Both the position numbers and the translations under genes were made by a program. From assembly GCA_963716175.1 (NCBI GenBank), contig OY970296.1, positions 928,001 through 992,000 on the forward strand: a stretch of 64,000 nucleotides of DNA. The letters run 5' to 3'. Shown here piece after piece: positions 18,349 through 28,338 of the stretch (position 1 is the stretch's first letter; the number at the start of each line of letters is the position of its first letter). This stretch comes from an uncultured Armatimonadetes bacterium (GTDB lineage: Bacteria; Armatimonadota; Hebobacteria; Hebobacterales; Hebobacteraceae). The notes beneath the pieces are model-generated. The model saw only the letters and a program-made list of their open reading frames with translations. It did no database searches and was not told where the DNA came from.

Positions 18349-18918
18349 CTAGCCTCCGGCCAGTTGTCGCCCCAACTCTCGCGCCCGCGCGACCAGATCC
18401 GGCCTCGCCGCGGCATCGTCGGGGTCGCCCAGGTTCCCCTCGGCCAGCCGGCCTACGACTTCGACGTTCAGGTCTTTCATCACGCTCGCCAGGTAATCCG
18501 CTATCCGCTTGGGGGTTTCCTGCTCCGCGTCCGCCTGCACCACGATCACCGCCCCCCGCCGCTTTCCCTCCAGGCCCAGCCGCCACCCGCCCTCCTCGGT
18601 GTAAAAAGCATAGAGCCGGTCTATCACCCGTTTCAGCGAGGCCGCCACATTCCAGAAGTAGACCGGGGCGGCGAAGACCCAGGCCTCGGATCGGCGCAGG
18701 GCGGCGTAGATCTGCTGCATGTCGTCCTGGAGGATGCACCCCGCCTCCGCGCTCTCCAGGCACATCCGATCCGCATCGCAGTCCGAGATCCTCATGCTGG
18801 TGGGATCGAACCGCGTCGTGCTCGCGTTCCGCTCCCGCGCCCCCGCCAGCGCCGCCTCCACCAGGGTAGCGGTGTTGCCGCTCTGCCGGGGGCTTCCGCA
18901 GATCGCCACCACCTCCAT
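18349..18918 (-). CDS. flavodoxin-fold NAD(P)H-dependent FMN reductase / iron-sulfur flavoprotein-like
   Basis: GSPRQSGNT, Cys cluster, DDMQ, APVYF and LKRVIDR motifs. Confidence 0.88.
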   Translation of the reverse strand: MEVVAICGSPRQSGNTATLVEAALAGARERNASTTRFDPTSMRISDCDADRMCLESAEAGCILQDDMQQIYAALRRSEAWVFAAPVYFWNVAASLKRVIDRLYAFYTEEGGWRLGLEGKRRGAVIVVQADAEQETPKRIADYLASVMKDLNVEVVGRLAEGNLGDPDDAAARPDLVARARELGRQLAGG

Positions 18919-18935
18919 GCCGTCCTCCTGTGCCG

Positions 18936-19232
18936 TCAGAATCGCACCGAGAAATCCGCAAACTCTCCTCGCGGCGCTTCCCAGTTCACCTGCAACTCCC
19001 TCACATAAGCGCCCCGCGGCCCTCGCTTCAGTTCAGCCAGAAACTCCTCCAGCAGACGCCTGTCTCCCTCGGCCACCACCTCCACCTGGCCCGTCGGGAG
19101 ATTCCGCACATATCCGCTAGCTCCGTAGCGCCCCGCCCCCGCCTCCGCAAAGGCGCGGAATCCCACCATCTGGACGTGACCCGAGATGATGGCCTGAAAT
19201 CTCGCCGGGCCTGACAGCGGTTTCGTCGCCAC
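18936..19232 (-). CDS. acyP: acylphosphatase
   Basis: GHVQMVGFR and GYVRNLPTGQVEVVAEG motifs. Confidence 0.93.
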   Translation of the reverse strand: MATKPLSGPARFQAIISGHVQMVGFRAFAEAGAGRYGASGYVRNLPTGQVEVVAEGDRRLLEEFLAELKRGPRGAYVRELQVNWEAPRGEFADFSVRF

Positions 19233-19283
19233 GACCGCGATCCTTCTGCGGGGCGGCCATGCTTCACCTACCTGCCCTACAGG

Positions 19284-19814
19284 CTACAACCGCCGCCTCA
19301 GGTTCGGGTCGGCGGCCACCGCCAGGATCTCCCCGAAGTAGAAGCGATGGTAATCCCCCTGCGGGTAGCATGATCGCGCCAGTTCCTTCACCAGGGCCTT
19401 CGGCACCAGATCGTTGGCGTGGGCCAGCTTGCACTCGTAGCTCAGCACGCATTCCTCGATCATCGGCGATCTCACGTGCCGGCTGGGCGCGGCCGTCAGG
19501 CCGGCCTCGGCCAGCTTGTCATGATCCCGGCCCGAGACCGTGCCGCAGAAGTCGGCCACATCAGCCAGCTTGCGCGGCAGCACGTTGACGGTGAAGTCCC
19601 CGGTCTTCTGAATGCACTGATAGGTGTAGCGGGATTCCCGAACCGGAACCAGGAAGATGGGCTTGCCCCAGAACACACCGATCGCACCCCAGCCAATGGT
19701 CATGGCATTGGGCCGGCGCCGCGCGTCAAGCGACACCAGCAGCAAGCCGGGGTGCGCCAACGCCTGCAAGGTCTCACTCAGGTACTCCGTCGGCCCAACT
19801 TGCACTTTCGCCAT
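19284..19814 (-). CDS. flavin reductase-like FMN-binding protein
   Basis: NAMTIGWG, SRYT, CGTVSGRDHDK and YHRFYFGEI motifs. Confidence 0.9.
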   Translation of the reverse strand: MAKVQVGPTEYLSETLQALAHPGLLLVSLDARRRPNAMTIGWGAIGVFWGKPIFLVPVRESRYTYQCIQKTGDFTVNVLPRKLADVADFCGTVSGRDHDKLAEAGLTAAPSRHVRSPMIEECVLSYECKLAHANDLVPKALVKELARSCYPQGDYHRFYFGEILAVAADPNLRRRL

Positions 19815-19885
19815 GTTCCTCCTCCTGTTTGCCGGGCGGCGTCTCCTGACGCCGCCGAGCGCGGTCGGGGGACCGCGCTCTACAG

Positions 19886-20890
19886 TCATCCTTGCTGTGT
19901 GAACTCCGCCACTAGCACCAGCAGGTTCTCCGCCGGGATGTCGCTTCCCAGGCTGTGCGTGGGAGCGATGATGAACCCTCCGCCCGTGCCGACCTCCCGG
20001 AGCAAGCGGCGAACCTCGGCCCGCAGCTCATCTGGCGTGCTATCCGGCAGCAGATGCTGCACGCTCACCCCGCCGTGAAAGGCGATGTCTCGGCCGTACT
20101 CTCGCTTGAGCTGGTAGATATCCATCACATCCGGCTGCACCGGGTTGAGCACGGTGAGACCCAGCTCGATCAGATCGGGGATGACCTCGCTGACATCCCC
20201 ATCCGAGTGCAGGAACGTGGTCTTGCCATAGGAGGCGGCCCGCTCCACCATCCGGGCAAAGCGCGGCTTGATGAACCGCTGCCACAGCCGCGCCCCCATG
20301 ATCAGGCCGCGCTGCGACCCCCAATCATCGCCGAAACGGACATTGTCGAATGGAAACCGGCAGGCCTGCTCGATCAGCGCCAGGTTGAACTCGCAGATCC
20401 GGTCCAGCAGCTCATCCGCGAACCGCGGATGCTCGACCATATCCAGCAGGAAGTTCTCGATGCCTCGCAGCGTCCAGGCCCGCTCGTAGAGGCTGAAGCC
20501 TATACCCCAGCTCAGGTAGAGATCGGGGTGGCGCGCGATCTGCTCGCCCAGCTTCTCCAACCCCGGATCGCGGGCCGGCGGGAACTCGTAGCCCCGCAGG
20601 GTGGGCTCCTTCAGAATAGGATCCCGGACCATCCCGATCTCGCCCGGGAAAGAGTCTTCCCAGATCACGCCGAAGGCATCGGTATAGTGCCGCTCGTCCA
20701 CCCGCTCGTTGGTCTCGGGGTAGCCCGTCCCCACCGAAGCCAGGTGCTGCACCAGGCCCTGGTCGAAGCTGGAATCGCCGGTCAGGGCCACCAGCCGCTC
20801 GCGCACCTCGCCGCCCACCCACAGTTCGTAAGGGCAGAAGTCCGTCTCCTGGTGCGCGAGGGCGCGCCGCACTCGTTCCTTGGGCGTCAT
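19886..20890 (-). CDS. uroporphyrinogen decarboxylase-family protein
   Basis: MTPKERV, GDDWGSQ, HSDG, NPVQP and GGGFIIAPTH motifs. Confidence 0.9.
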   Translation of the reverse strand: MTPKERVRRALAHQETDFCPYELWVGGEVRERLVALTGDSSFDQGLVQHLASVGTGYPETNERVDERHYTDAFGVIWEDSFPGEIGMVRDPILKEPTLRGYEFPPARDPGLEKLGEQIARHPDLYLSWGIGFSLYERAWTLRGIENFLLDMVEHPRFADELLDRICEFNLALIEQACRFPFDNVRFGDDWGSQRGLIMGARLWQRFIKPRFARMVERAASYGKTTFLHSDGDVSEVIPDLIELGLTVLNPVQPDVMDIYQLKREYGRDIAFHGGVSVQHLLPDSTPDELRAEVRRLLREVGTGGGFIIAPTHSLGSDIPAENLLVLVAEFTQQG

Positions 20891-21003
20891 CCCAGCTTCT
20901 CCTGCGCTGTGCTGTTCGCCCACCGCCGGGAAGACCCTTCCCGCGCCAGGAGAGAGGAGATCGTGAGGGGAAGGCAGTAGAGGAGCGAGGGAGAGGTCCA
21001 GGG

Positions 21004-21627
21004 ATGAAACTCAGGTTCATGCCGAAGGAAGAACGGTTCTTCGAGCTGTTCACGGAGGCGGCGCAGAACGTGGTGCGGGGCGCAGAGCTGCTGGTGGAGC
21101 TGGTCCGAAATCCGGACCGGACCGGCGATCTCCGCCGCCAGATCGAGGAGGTCGAGCACGAGGGGGACATCGTCACCCACGAGATTGCCGATCGCCTGAA
21201 CCGCACCTTCGTCACTCCCTTCGATCACGAGGACATTCACGAGCTGGCCGGCCGCCTCGACGACGTGCTCGATGATGTCGAGGCCACCGCCGACCGCATG
21301 TACCTGTACGAGGCCGGGGCGCCCAGCGCGGAGATGGTGGACCTGGTGAAAGTGCTGGCAGAAGCGACCGTAGCGGTGCAAAAGGCCATCTCCAACCTCA
21401 GTAACATGAAGAACGCGCGGCGCATTCTGGACTACTGCATCGAGATCCACCGACTGGAGAACGTCGGGGATGAAGACAGCCGCCTCGCCCTCGCTAAGCT
21501 CTTCAAGACTTCGGATGCCATCTATGCGCTGAAGTGGAAGGAGATCTACGACCACGTGGAGGACGCGCTGGACAAATGTGAGGACGTGGCCTCCATCGTC
21601 GAGGGCATCGTGGTGAAGCACACCTAG
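21004..21627 (+). CDS. DUF47 phosphate transport regulator (Pit accessory)
   Basis: EHEGD, TFVTPFDHEDI, HRLENVGD and WKEIY motifs; adjacent to pit. Confidence 0.93.
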   Translation: MKLRFMPKEERFFELFTEAAQNVVRGAELLVELVRNPDRTGDLRRQIEEVEHEGDIVTHEIADRLNRTFVTPFDHEDIHELAGRLDDVLDDVEATADRMYLYEAGAPSAEMVDLVKVLAEATVAVQKAISNLSNMKNARRILDYCIEIHRLENVGDEDSRLALAKLFKTSDAIYALKWKEIYDHVEDALDKCEDVASIVEGIVVKHT

Positions 21628-21638
21628 GTGCGCCCGCG

Positions 21639-22631
21639 ATGCCGCACATCTCCGCCTCCGTGGTCTGCATCTGCTTGGTCGCCTTCGCTTTCGATTTCCT
21701 GAACGGATTTCACGACGCCGCCAACTCCATCGCCACTGTGGTCTCCACCCGCGTCTTGCGGCCCATTTACGCGGTGGGCTGGGCCGCCTTCTTCAACTTC
21801 GTCGCCGCCTTCGGCTTCGGGGTGCACGTAGCCAATACGGTGGGCAGGGGAATCGTACACACCGGGGTAGTGAACAACGAGGTGATCCTGGCGGCCTTGG
21901 CCGGCGCCATCGCCTGGGACTTGATCACATGGTACCTGGGGGTCCCCACTAGCTCCTCCCATGCCCTGATCGGAGGGCTGGCTGGCGCCGCCGTGGTCCA
22001 ATCGGGCGTGGCCTCGCTGGTGCTGGCCGGTCTCATCAAGATCTCGGCCTTCATCGTGCTCTCTCCGGTCATCGGCCTGGTGCTGGGCTATGGCGCCCGC
22101 CGCCTGGTGAGCCGCCTCTTCTGGTATACCTCGCCCAAGTCCACCGCCTCGCACTTCCGGCGGCTCCAGCTCCTGTCGGCCGCGCTCTACAGCCTCGGCC
22201 ATGGCACCAATGACGCTCAGAAGACCATGGGCGTCGTCGCCATCCTGCTCTTCAGCAATGGTTACCTGAAGGAGTTCCACGTGCCGGTGTGGGTGATCGG
22301 GGCCGCAGGCGCGGCCATTTCCCTGGGCACCATGGCCGGGGGCTGGCGGATCGTCAAGACCATGGGGATGCGCATCACCAAGCTCCAGCCCGTGGACGGT
22401 TTCTGCGCCGAGACCGCGGCCGCGGTCTCGCTTTTCGGGGCTTCCCTGGCCGGCATTCCCGTGAGCACCACGCACACCATCACGGGCGCCATCGTGGGCG
22501 TGGGGTCCACGCGCCGGCTCTCCGCGGTGCGATGGGGTGTCACCATCGGCGTAGTGTGGGCTTGGGTGCTCACCATCCCGGGGTCGGCTCTGATCGCCGC
22601 CCTGGTGCGGGCGCTGCTGGGTCTGCGCTAG
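21639..22631 (+). CDS. pit: inorganic phosphate transporter, PiT family
   Basis: NGFHDAANSIAT, HGTNDAQKTMG and PVSTTH motifs. Confidence 0.95.
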   Translation: MPHISASVVCICLVAFAFDFLNGFHDAANSIATVVSTRVLRPIYAVGWAAFFNFVAAFGFGVHVANTVGRGIVHTGVVNNEVILAALAGAIAWDLITWYLGVPTSSSHALIGGLAGAAVVQSGVASLVLAGLIKISAFIVLSPVIGLVLGYGARRLVSRLFWYTSPKSTASHFRRLQLLSAALYSLGHGTNDAQKTMGVVAILLFSNGYLKEFHVPVWVIGAAGAAISLGTMAGGWRIVKTMGMRITKLQPVDGFCAETAAAVSLFGASLAGIPVSTTHTITGAIVGVGSTRRLSAVRWGVTIGVVWAWVLTIPGSALIAALVRALLGLR

Positions 22632-22755
22632 CAGGCGCAGCAACCCCGCTAGCTCCGGCAGGGAGCCCAAGACGCGACAGTTTTCCCCACCAAAGCATGG
22701 AAAATAGCATACTTGGAGGGGCTCGGAGCAGGGAGAACACCCCGGAGAGACCGCC

Positions 22756-23373
22756 ATGACAGAACAGGAAGAGTGGGCGTTGCTGGGCCAGCTGCTCCTG
22801 GCCAGCGGCGCCATCACCGCCGAGGACCTCCAGGAGGCGCGCTACCGCCAGAAGGTGACGGGAGAGCAATTGGGCCAGATCTTGCTGTCCATGGGTGCGG
22901 TGGCGCCCCGGCAGTTGGAACGGGCCCTCCAGGCCCAGGCCCGACTGCGGGGGAAATCCTCCCAGGAGCGACGCTTCGTGCTGGTGATCGACGACGACCC
23001 CGAGGTGGGGGCTCTGCTCGGAGACATTCTCGAGGGAGCGGGCTACCGCGTGGGGGTCGCCAGCGATGAGGGCGAAGCCATTGCCGCCGTCATGGCCCCC
23101 GACGGCTACCGGCCCTCTCTGATCGTGCTCGACCTGGGCTTGCCCAAGTACGGCGGCATCGAATTCCTCACTATCCTGCGCAAGAACGGTGTCACCAACC
23201 GTCTGCCGGTGGTGGTGCTCACCGGCCGCCCGGACCTCCAGTCCACCATCCAGGAGCGAGGACTGGAGATCAGCGCCTTTCTGGCCAAGCCCGTGTCGGC
23301 CCGCAAGCTCCTGGAGGTGGTAGAGGAAGTGCTGGCGCGGCCCTCGGAGACCCCCACCCTCGCGGTCCCATAG
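22756..23373 (+). CDS. response regulator receiver with N-terminal MshEN-like tandem motif
   Basis: Two LGxxLLxxGxxxxxxLxxAxxxQ units, then IDDD, LDLGLP, LTG and KP receiver residues. Confidence 0.85.
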   Translation: MTEQEEWALLGQLLLASGAITAEDLQEARYRQKVTGEQLGQILLSMGAVAPRQLERALQAQARLRGKSSQERRFVLVIDDDPEVGALLGDILEGAGYRVGVASDEGEAIAAVMAPDGYRPSLIVLDLGLPKYGGIEFLTILRKNGVTNRLPVVVLTGRPDLQSTIQERGLEISAFLAKPVSARKLLEVVEEVLARPSETPTLAVP

Positions 23374-23624
23374 CGCGATCCCCTGAGCTGCCGTCATCAG
23401 CTCCAAGATAGACCCAAAGAGGTGCCCAGCCAGTCTGCAGCGAATGCTTGCCGCGGCGAGGATGAGGCTGCGAGCGGTGGCTTCCATGGCGCCGGTGCCA
23501 ACCGTTTGGGACCTGCGCCAGCCACGTTGAGACCAACCACAGCACCGCCGAGCACCTGTCGGCAGAGCGACCGGCTTCGCACCTCATCCCCAGCGCGCAG
23601 CAAGGTTCAGAGGGGGTGAGGGCA

Positions 23625-24014
23625 ATGGATCGTGCTTCAGCGCAGGCGACTCGCGTCCTGGTAGTGGAGGACGACCGCGCAGTCATGAGCATGCTCACCG
23701 AGGTGTTGGTCAGGAGCGGCTACGAAGTGGTGCCGGCCCGCAACGGAGTCGCCGCCATGGTGGCCTTGACCGCGCCTGAACCCGAGTGCCCAAACCTGGT
23801 CCTGCTCGACCTGGGCTTGCCCCTGGAAAGCGGCGTCTCCGTGCTCTCCTTCCTCAGGAACATCATGCGGTCCGGCCTCCCCGTGGTCGTGCTCACGGGC
23901 CACAGCGATGCCCAGGAGGAAGCGGCGGTGCGAGAGCTCGGAGTGAGCGAGTACCTGCACAAACCGGCCTCGCCCCAGCAGCTGCTGGCCGCTCTTTCCC
24001 GCGCCCTCCTCTAG
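23625..24014 (+). CDS. single-domain response regulator
   Basis: VEDD, LDLGLP, LTG and KP receiver residues. Confidence 0.9.
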   Translation: MDRASAQATRVLVVEDDRAVMSMLTEVLVRSGYEVVPARNGVAAMVALTAPEPECPNLVLLDLGLPLESGVSVLSFLRNIMRSGLPVVVLTGHSDAQEEAAVRELGVSEYLHKPASPQQLLAALSRALL

Positions 24015-24159
24015 CCGCGCCGGGGCCGCAATCGGCTCACCTGCCAGGTTCGGGCTGGAACCCCGGTACTCTGGCCGCTGCCCGTCTCAGCCGCGAAAGG
24101 GTTCGCGGTACGCGATGCGAACTCTTGAGGCCGCCAATTCCGTGACCTGGAGGATTGCG

Positions 24160-24930
24160 ATGAAGCTGAGCTGCGCCGGCTACACCTTCGACACCTACTT
24201 CCGAAAGAAGGGCCTCACCCTGGAGCAGTACGTCGATGTCTGCGCCGACATGCGCCTCGATGGCGTGGAGCTGACTCAGTACTACTTCCCCGAGACTGGG
24301 AACGCCTATCTCAACCGCCTCAAGCGACAGCTGCTCCGCCGGGGGCTGGCCGTCGCTGGCGCCGCCATCGGCGGATCGTTCTGCCTGGCTAGCCCGGATG
24401 AACGCAAGCAGCACATCGCGTTCACCAAGGAATGGCTCGATATCTCGCTGCGGCTGGGCGCGCCCTGCCTGCGCATCTTCGCCGGGCCCGCCCCCGAGGG
24501 CCACACCGAGGAAGAGGCCTTCGGCTGGGTGGTGGCTGGCCTCAAGGAGTGCGCCGCCAAGGCCGAGCAGGTCGGCGTCACCATCGGGGTGGAGAATCAC
24601 GGCGGCCTCACTGGCACCGCCGATGGCCTGGTTCGGATCCTGAAAGCAGTCGGGTCGGACTGGGTGGCGGCCCTGCTGGACTTCGGCAACTACCACCGCG
24701 ACCCATACGCCGAGTTCGCTCAGACCGCGCCCCATACCGTGATGACCCATGTCAAGCCGACCTCCGATTTCGCCGGTGAGCGCGGGTGGGTGGACTACCG
24801 GAAGGTGAGCGAGATCATGGCCCAGGCCGGCTATCGCGGCTTCCTCTCCATCGAGTACGAGGAGCCCGGCAAAGACGCCATGGTCGAGGTGCCCAGGTTC
24901 GCGGCCTACCTCCGCGGCATCACGAGCTGA
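24160..24930 (+). CDS. sugar phosphate isomerase/epimerase (TIM barrel)
   Basis: GVEL, ENHGG, DFGN, HVK and SIEYE motifs. Confidence 0.9.
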   Translation: MKLSCAGYTFDTYFRKKGLTLEQYVDVCADMRLDGVELTQYYFPETGNAYLNRLKRQLLRRGLAVAGAAIGGSFCLASPDERKQHIAFTKEWLDISLRLGAPCLRIFAGPAPEGHTEEEAFGWVVAGLKECAAKAEQVGVTIGVENHGGLTGTADGLVRILKAVGSDWVAALLDFGNYHRDPYAEFAQTAPHTVMTHVKPTSDFAGERGWVDYRKVSEIMAQAGYRGFLSIEYEEPGKDAMVEVPRFAAYLRGITS

Positions 24931-25056
24931 CGCCCGGCAGGGCGGGCAGGCCTGTGCATGCCCGGCGCAGCATCGGTGTCATCTGCGAGATCTGCAGACT
25001 AACCGCTGGGCAGGTCCACGACCTGCCCAGCCGGCCTATCGCCTGAGGAGCAGACG

Positions 25057-26106
25057 TTGGCGGATCAACCACTCGGAGTCGGCCTCATCGGCTGCGGCGA
25101 CATCGCTCCCGCGCATGCCCAGGCCATTGCCCGGGTCCCCGGACTGAGGCTAGCGGCCTGCATGGATGTCGTGGCATCCTCCGCCAAGGGCCTGGCCGAA
25201 GAATACGGGATTCCCTACACGACCGAGGCCGAGGAGCTGGTCTCCCGCCAGGATGTGGACGTAGTGACGGTGGCCACTCCGGCCTTCACCCATGCCGACC
25301 TGGTCGCGCTGGCAGCGCGGGTCGGGAAGGCCGTGATCTGCGAGAAGCCCCTCGCCCCCGACCTGGCCTCCGCCGACCGGCTGATCGCGGCCTGCGCCCG
25401 GGCGAAAGTGGCGCTGGCCACGTGCTTCCCGCTGCGCTACCTCGGCGCCGCCGAGTGGGTGCGCGAGCTGCTGGCGGCCGGCGCCCTGGGGAAGGTCTTC
25501 GAGATTCGGCTCGCCGACCTCAGCGAGAAGCCCCTGTCGTACTGGACCGGCGGCTACTCCGGCCGCACCCAGACCGACTGGCGCAAGTCCAAGGCCAGCA
25601 GCGGCGGTGGCGTGGTGATCACCAACCTGACCCACCACCTCGATCTGGCGCGATCGCTCACCGGATTCGAGGTCACCCGGGTCTACGCCCAGGCCGGCAC
25701 CTTTTGCACCGTCACCGAGGTGGAGGACTTGGCGCTGGCCGCGGTCCGCTACGACCGCGGCGCGGTCGGGCTGGTTGACGGCTGCTCCTGCTTTTTCGGG
25801 GGAGAGGCCGGCTGGCACCTCACGCTGCTGGGAACCAAGGGCCAGGCTCGCTTCGCCTTCTACAGCGGCAAGTCGGAGGTGTTTCTCACCGAGGCTGCCG
25901 CCGGCCTCCCGGCGCGGGAGTGGGTGAAGCGCGAGTTCAAGGGCTCTGGCTACGGCCTCACTGGGTTCTATACTGACTTCGCCGGCGCCCTCCGCGCCGG
26001 CAACCCACCTCCCGTCACCGGAGAAGACGGCCGCAGGGCCCTCGAGATCGTCGTCGCCATCTACCGTTCGGCGGAGACCGGAAGGCCGGTAGAGCTGCCG
26101 TTGTAG
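25057..26106 (+). CDS. Gfo/Idh/MocA oxidoreductase
   Basis: IGCGDIA, CEKPL, GGGV and HHLD motifs. Confidence 0.92.
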   Translation: MADQPLGVGLIGCGDIAPAHAQAIARVPGLRLAACMDVVASSAKGLAEEYGIPYTTEAEELVSRQDVDVVTVATPAFTHADLVALAARVGKAVICEKPLAPDLASADRLIAACARAKVALATCFPLRYLGAAEWVRELLAAGALGKVFEIRLADLSEKPLSYWTGGYSGRTQTDWRKSKASSGGGVVITNLTHHLDLARSLTGFEVTRVYAQAGTFCTVTEVEDLALAAVRYDRGAVGLVDGCSCFFGGEAGWHLTLLGTKGQARFAFYSGKSEVFLTEAAAGLPAREWVKREFKGSGYGLTGFYTDFAGALRAGNPPPVTGEDGRRALEIVVAIYRSAETGRPVELPL

Positions 26107-26126
26107 GGTGGGCGCGCCTGCGTCCC

Positions 26127-27025
26127 TCACACGAAGAACATCGGGTTCGACCAGGCCCACCGCCCTTCCAGATCCCGGCACTCCACGCGCAGGTACTGCT
26201 CGTGGCCCTCCAGGCGATAGCTGGCCTGGCTGATGGTGGGGCCGGCCATCGCCCAGGCGCTGCCGCCGGCCCATCGCTGGGCGATGAAGTTGATTTTCTT
26301 CACCGGTGAGGTGGACGCGGTCACCACGCCGTCGCTGACGCTGATGTCGTGGATCGTAGGGCCCCAGGACGAGTAGAACAGCCCCTCCCGCAGCGCACGC
26401 AGCACCGCCTCTCGGCTCAGCTCCGTGGCCTTCACCATCACCCAGGCACGGGCGGTGTCGGTGGGACGACGGTCGCTGGGGCGATGATGCGCGTCATCCA
26501 CCGCGAACCCCCACATCCGCAGATTCCGGCCCAGCGCATCATCCCAGTGTGCCGTCGAGTAACCCTTCCCCAGGTCGAAATCGCACCCGGTGTTGTAGAT
26601 CTCCACCCCCAGATGTCCCTGCCAGCGCACCAGATCGGACACCACCAGGCCCGACCAGGCGGGGTGCGCGATCAGCGCATCTCCCCCCGCTGCTTGACCC
26701 ACGTGATCGCCTCCGGCACAGTGGGGTTTTCCGGCACCAGGTCGGCCCTGGCGAGGCCGAAACCTACGACATGCACGCTCTCCCCAATGTCGCTGCGGTC
26801 TCCGTCGAGCTCGACACCTAGCAGCGACAGATAGTCATCTCCCTCCACGCCGGGCGCCTCCGTCACGGTCCCGTGGTCGGTGATCGCGACGAAGTCATAG
26901 CCGGCCTGCCGGTAGCGCCGGATCACCTCCCCTGGCTCGAGCTGCCCGTCCGACCTGGTGGTGTGCACGTGCAGGCTTCCCTTATACCACCGGCCAGGCG
27001 CGGTAAAAGGATTGGCGAAATCCAT
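26127..27025 (-). CDS. PHP-domain metallohydrolase (CehA/McbA-like), frameshifted in the G run at 26683-26688
   Basis: LHVHTTRSDG and ITDH in one frame, AHP, EIYN and DDAH in the next; one extra G joins them. Confidence 0.85.
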
Positions 27026-27043
27026 GATCCCTCCTCAGTCCTA

Positions 27044-27093
27044 GTAGCGCAGGTTCCTGACCTGCCGCAGTAGGGCAGGTTCGCAATCTGCCC
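27044..27093 (+). repeat. tandem pair of GTAG-GCAGGT..A(C/T)CTGC REP-like units
   Basis: GTAGCGCAGGTTCCTGACCTGCC and GTAGGGCAGGTTCGCAATCTGCCC; related to sequence at 4873-4950 and about 25006. Confidence 0.65.
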
Positions 27094-27102
27094 AGAGTGC
27101 GA

Positions 27103-28338
27103 TTATCGTCGCGCGGCCCCGGCCACCTTACGAATCGCGGCCGCCATGTCTTCCACATCTTTCTCGGCGTAGAACTCGTGCACTGTCAGCACCACGAATT
27201 CTCTCAGCGTCTGCTCGGCGTTAGGGCACAACCCAGGGGCGTACTCCACCCGTCGCGAGGCGCAGGAGCAATCGAAGGGGTGATGGGACTTGCCGAACGT
27301 GATCTGCTTCCTCAGCGCGTCGAACAGATACAGCGGGGTGCTCGCCAGCCAGATCCAGCAGGAGACGCCCTCGGCGTTGAGCGCGGCGATGAAGCGCTCC
27401 CGCGGCATCCCGAACTCGCGCTCTCGAATGCGCAGCGGGTAGTACCAGTAGGTGTTTCCCGAGACCTTGCTGTCCGGCGGAGGGTAGAGGCCCGGGATGC
27501 CCGCGATCCGCTGAGAGAGCAGATCTCCCAGCGCCCGGCGGCGCGCCACCACCTGCTCCACCTTCCCCAGTTGCGCCAGCACCACCGCGGACTGCAGCTC
27601 GGTGATGCGGTAGTTCATCGCCAGAAAGGCGTGCCCGCGGTCATCCGCGTCGCGGTCCCATCCCTTATCGGAGAACATCCGGGCGTGGTGCGCCAGGTCA
27701 TCCCGATTCGTCACCACCAGCCCGCCATCGCCGCACGTGATGTGCTTCGATTGCTGCAGGCTGAAGGCGCCCATCTCGCCCATCGTCCCCACCAGCCTCC
27801 CCCGGTAGCTGGTGAGATAGGCCTGGGCGCAGTCCTCGATGATGGCGATGCCATGCTCCCGGCCCATCGCCAGAAACTCGTCCATCTCCGCCGCCATCCC
27901 CCAGAGATGCACCACGATGATCGCCCGCGTGCGCGGGGTGATGGCGGCTCGCACCGCCTTCGGGTCCAGCAGGTATCCGTCCTTCACCACGTCGGCGAAG
28001 ATAGGAATCGCGTTCTGGTAGATGATGCCAATCACGGTCCCCATGTCGGTCATGGAGGTCGTGATGATCTCATCTCCCGGGTCGGGGTTGATGCAGGCCA
28101 CCGCAGTGTGGATCGCCGCCGTGCCCGAGGTGACGGCGTGGGCGTGCTTCACTCCCAGCAGGGCCGCAAACCGCTTCTCCACCTGCTCGGTCTTCTTCCC
28201 ACCGACCCGGAACAGATTCCCGGAGTGCACCACATCGGCCAGATGTGCCATTTCCTCCTCGCCGAAGCCTGCTGCCCGCGAGGGGAATGGCTTGCTCCGT
28301 ACCGGTGTCCCGCCATCTATCGCCAGCCGCTCACTCAT
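27103..28338 (-). CDS. DegT/DnrJ/EryC1/StrS aminotransferase
   Basis: SGTAAIH, EDCAQA, FSLQQSKHITCGDGG and NYRITELQ motifs. Confidence 0.93.
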   Translation of the reverse strand: MSERLAIDGGTPVRSKPFPSRAAGFGEEEMAHLADVVHSGNLFRVGGKKTEQVEKRFAALLGVKHAHAVTSGTAAIHTAVACINPDPGDEIITTSMTDMGTVIGIIYQNAIPIFADVVKDGYLLDPKAVRAAITPRTRAIIVVHLWGMAAEMDEFLAMGREHGIAIIEDCAQAYLTSYRGRLVGTMGEMGAFSLQQSKHITCGDGGLVVTNRDDLAHHARMFSDKGWDRDADDRGHAFLAMNYRITELQSAVVLAQLGKVEQVVARRRALGDLLSQRIAGIPGLYPPPDSKVSGNTYWYYPLRIREREFGMPRERFIAALNAEGVSCWIWLASTPLYLFDALRKQITFGKSHHPFDCSCASRRVEYAPGLCPNAEQTLREFVVLTVHEFYAEKDVEDMAAAIRKVAGAARR

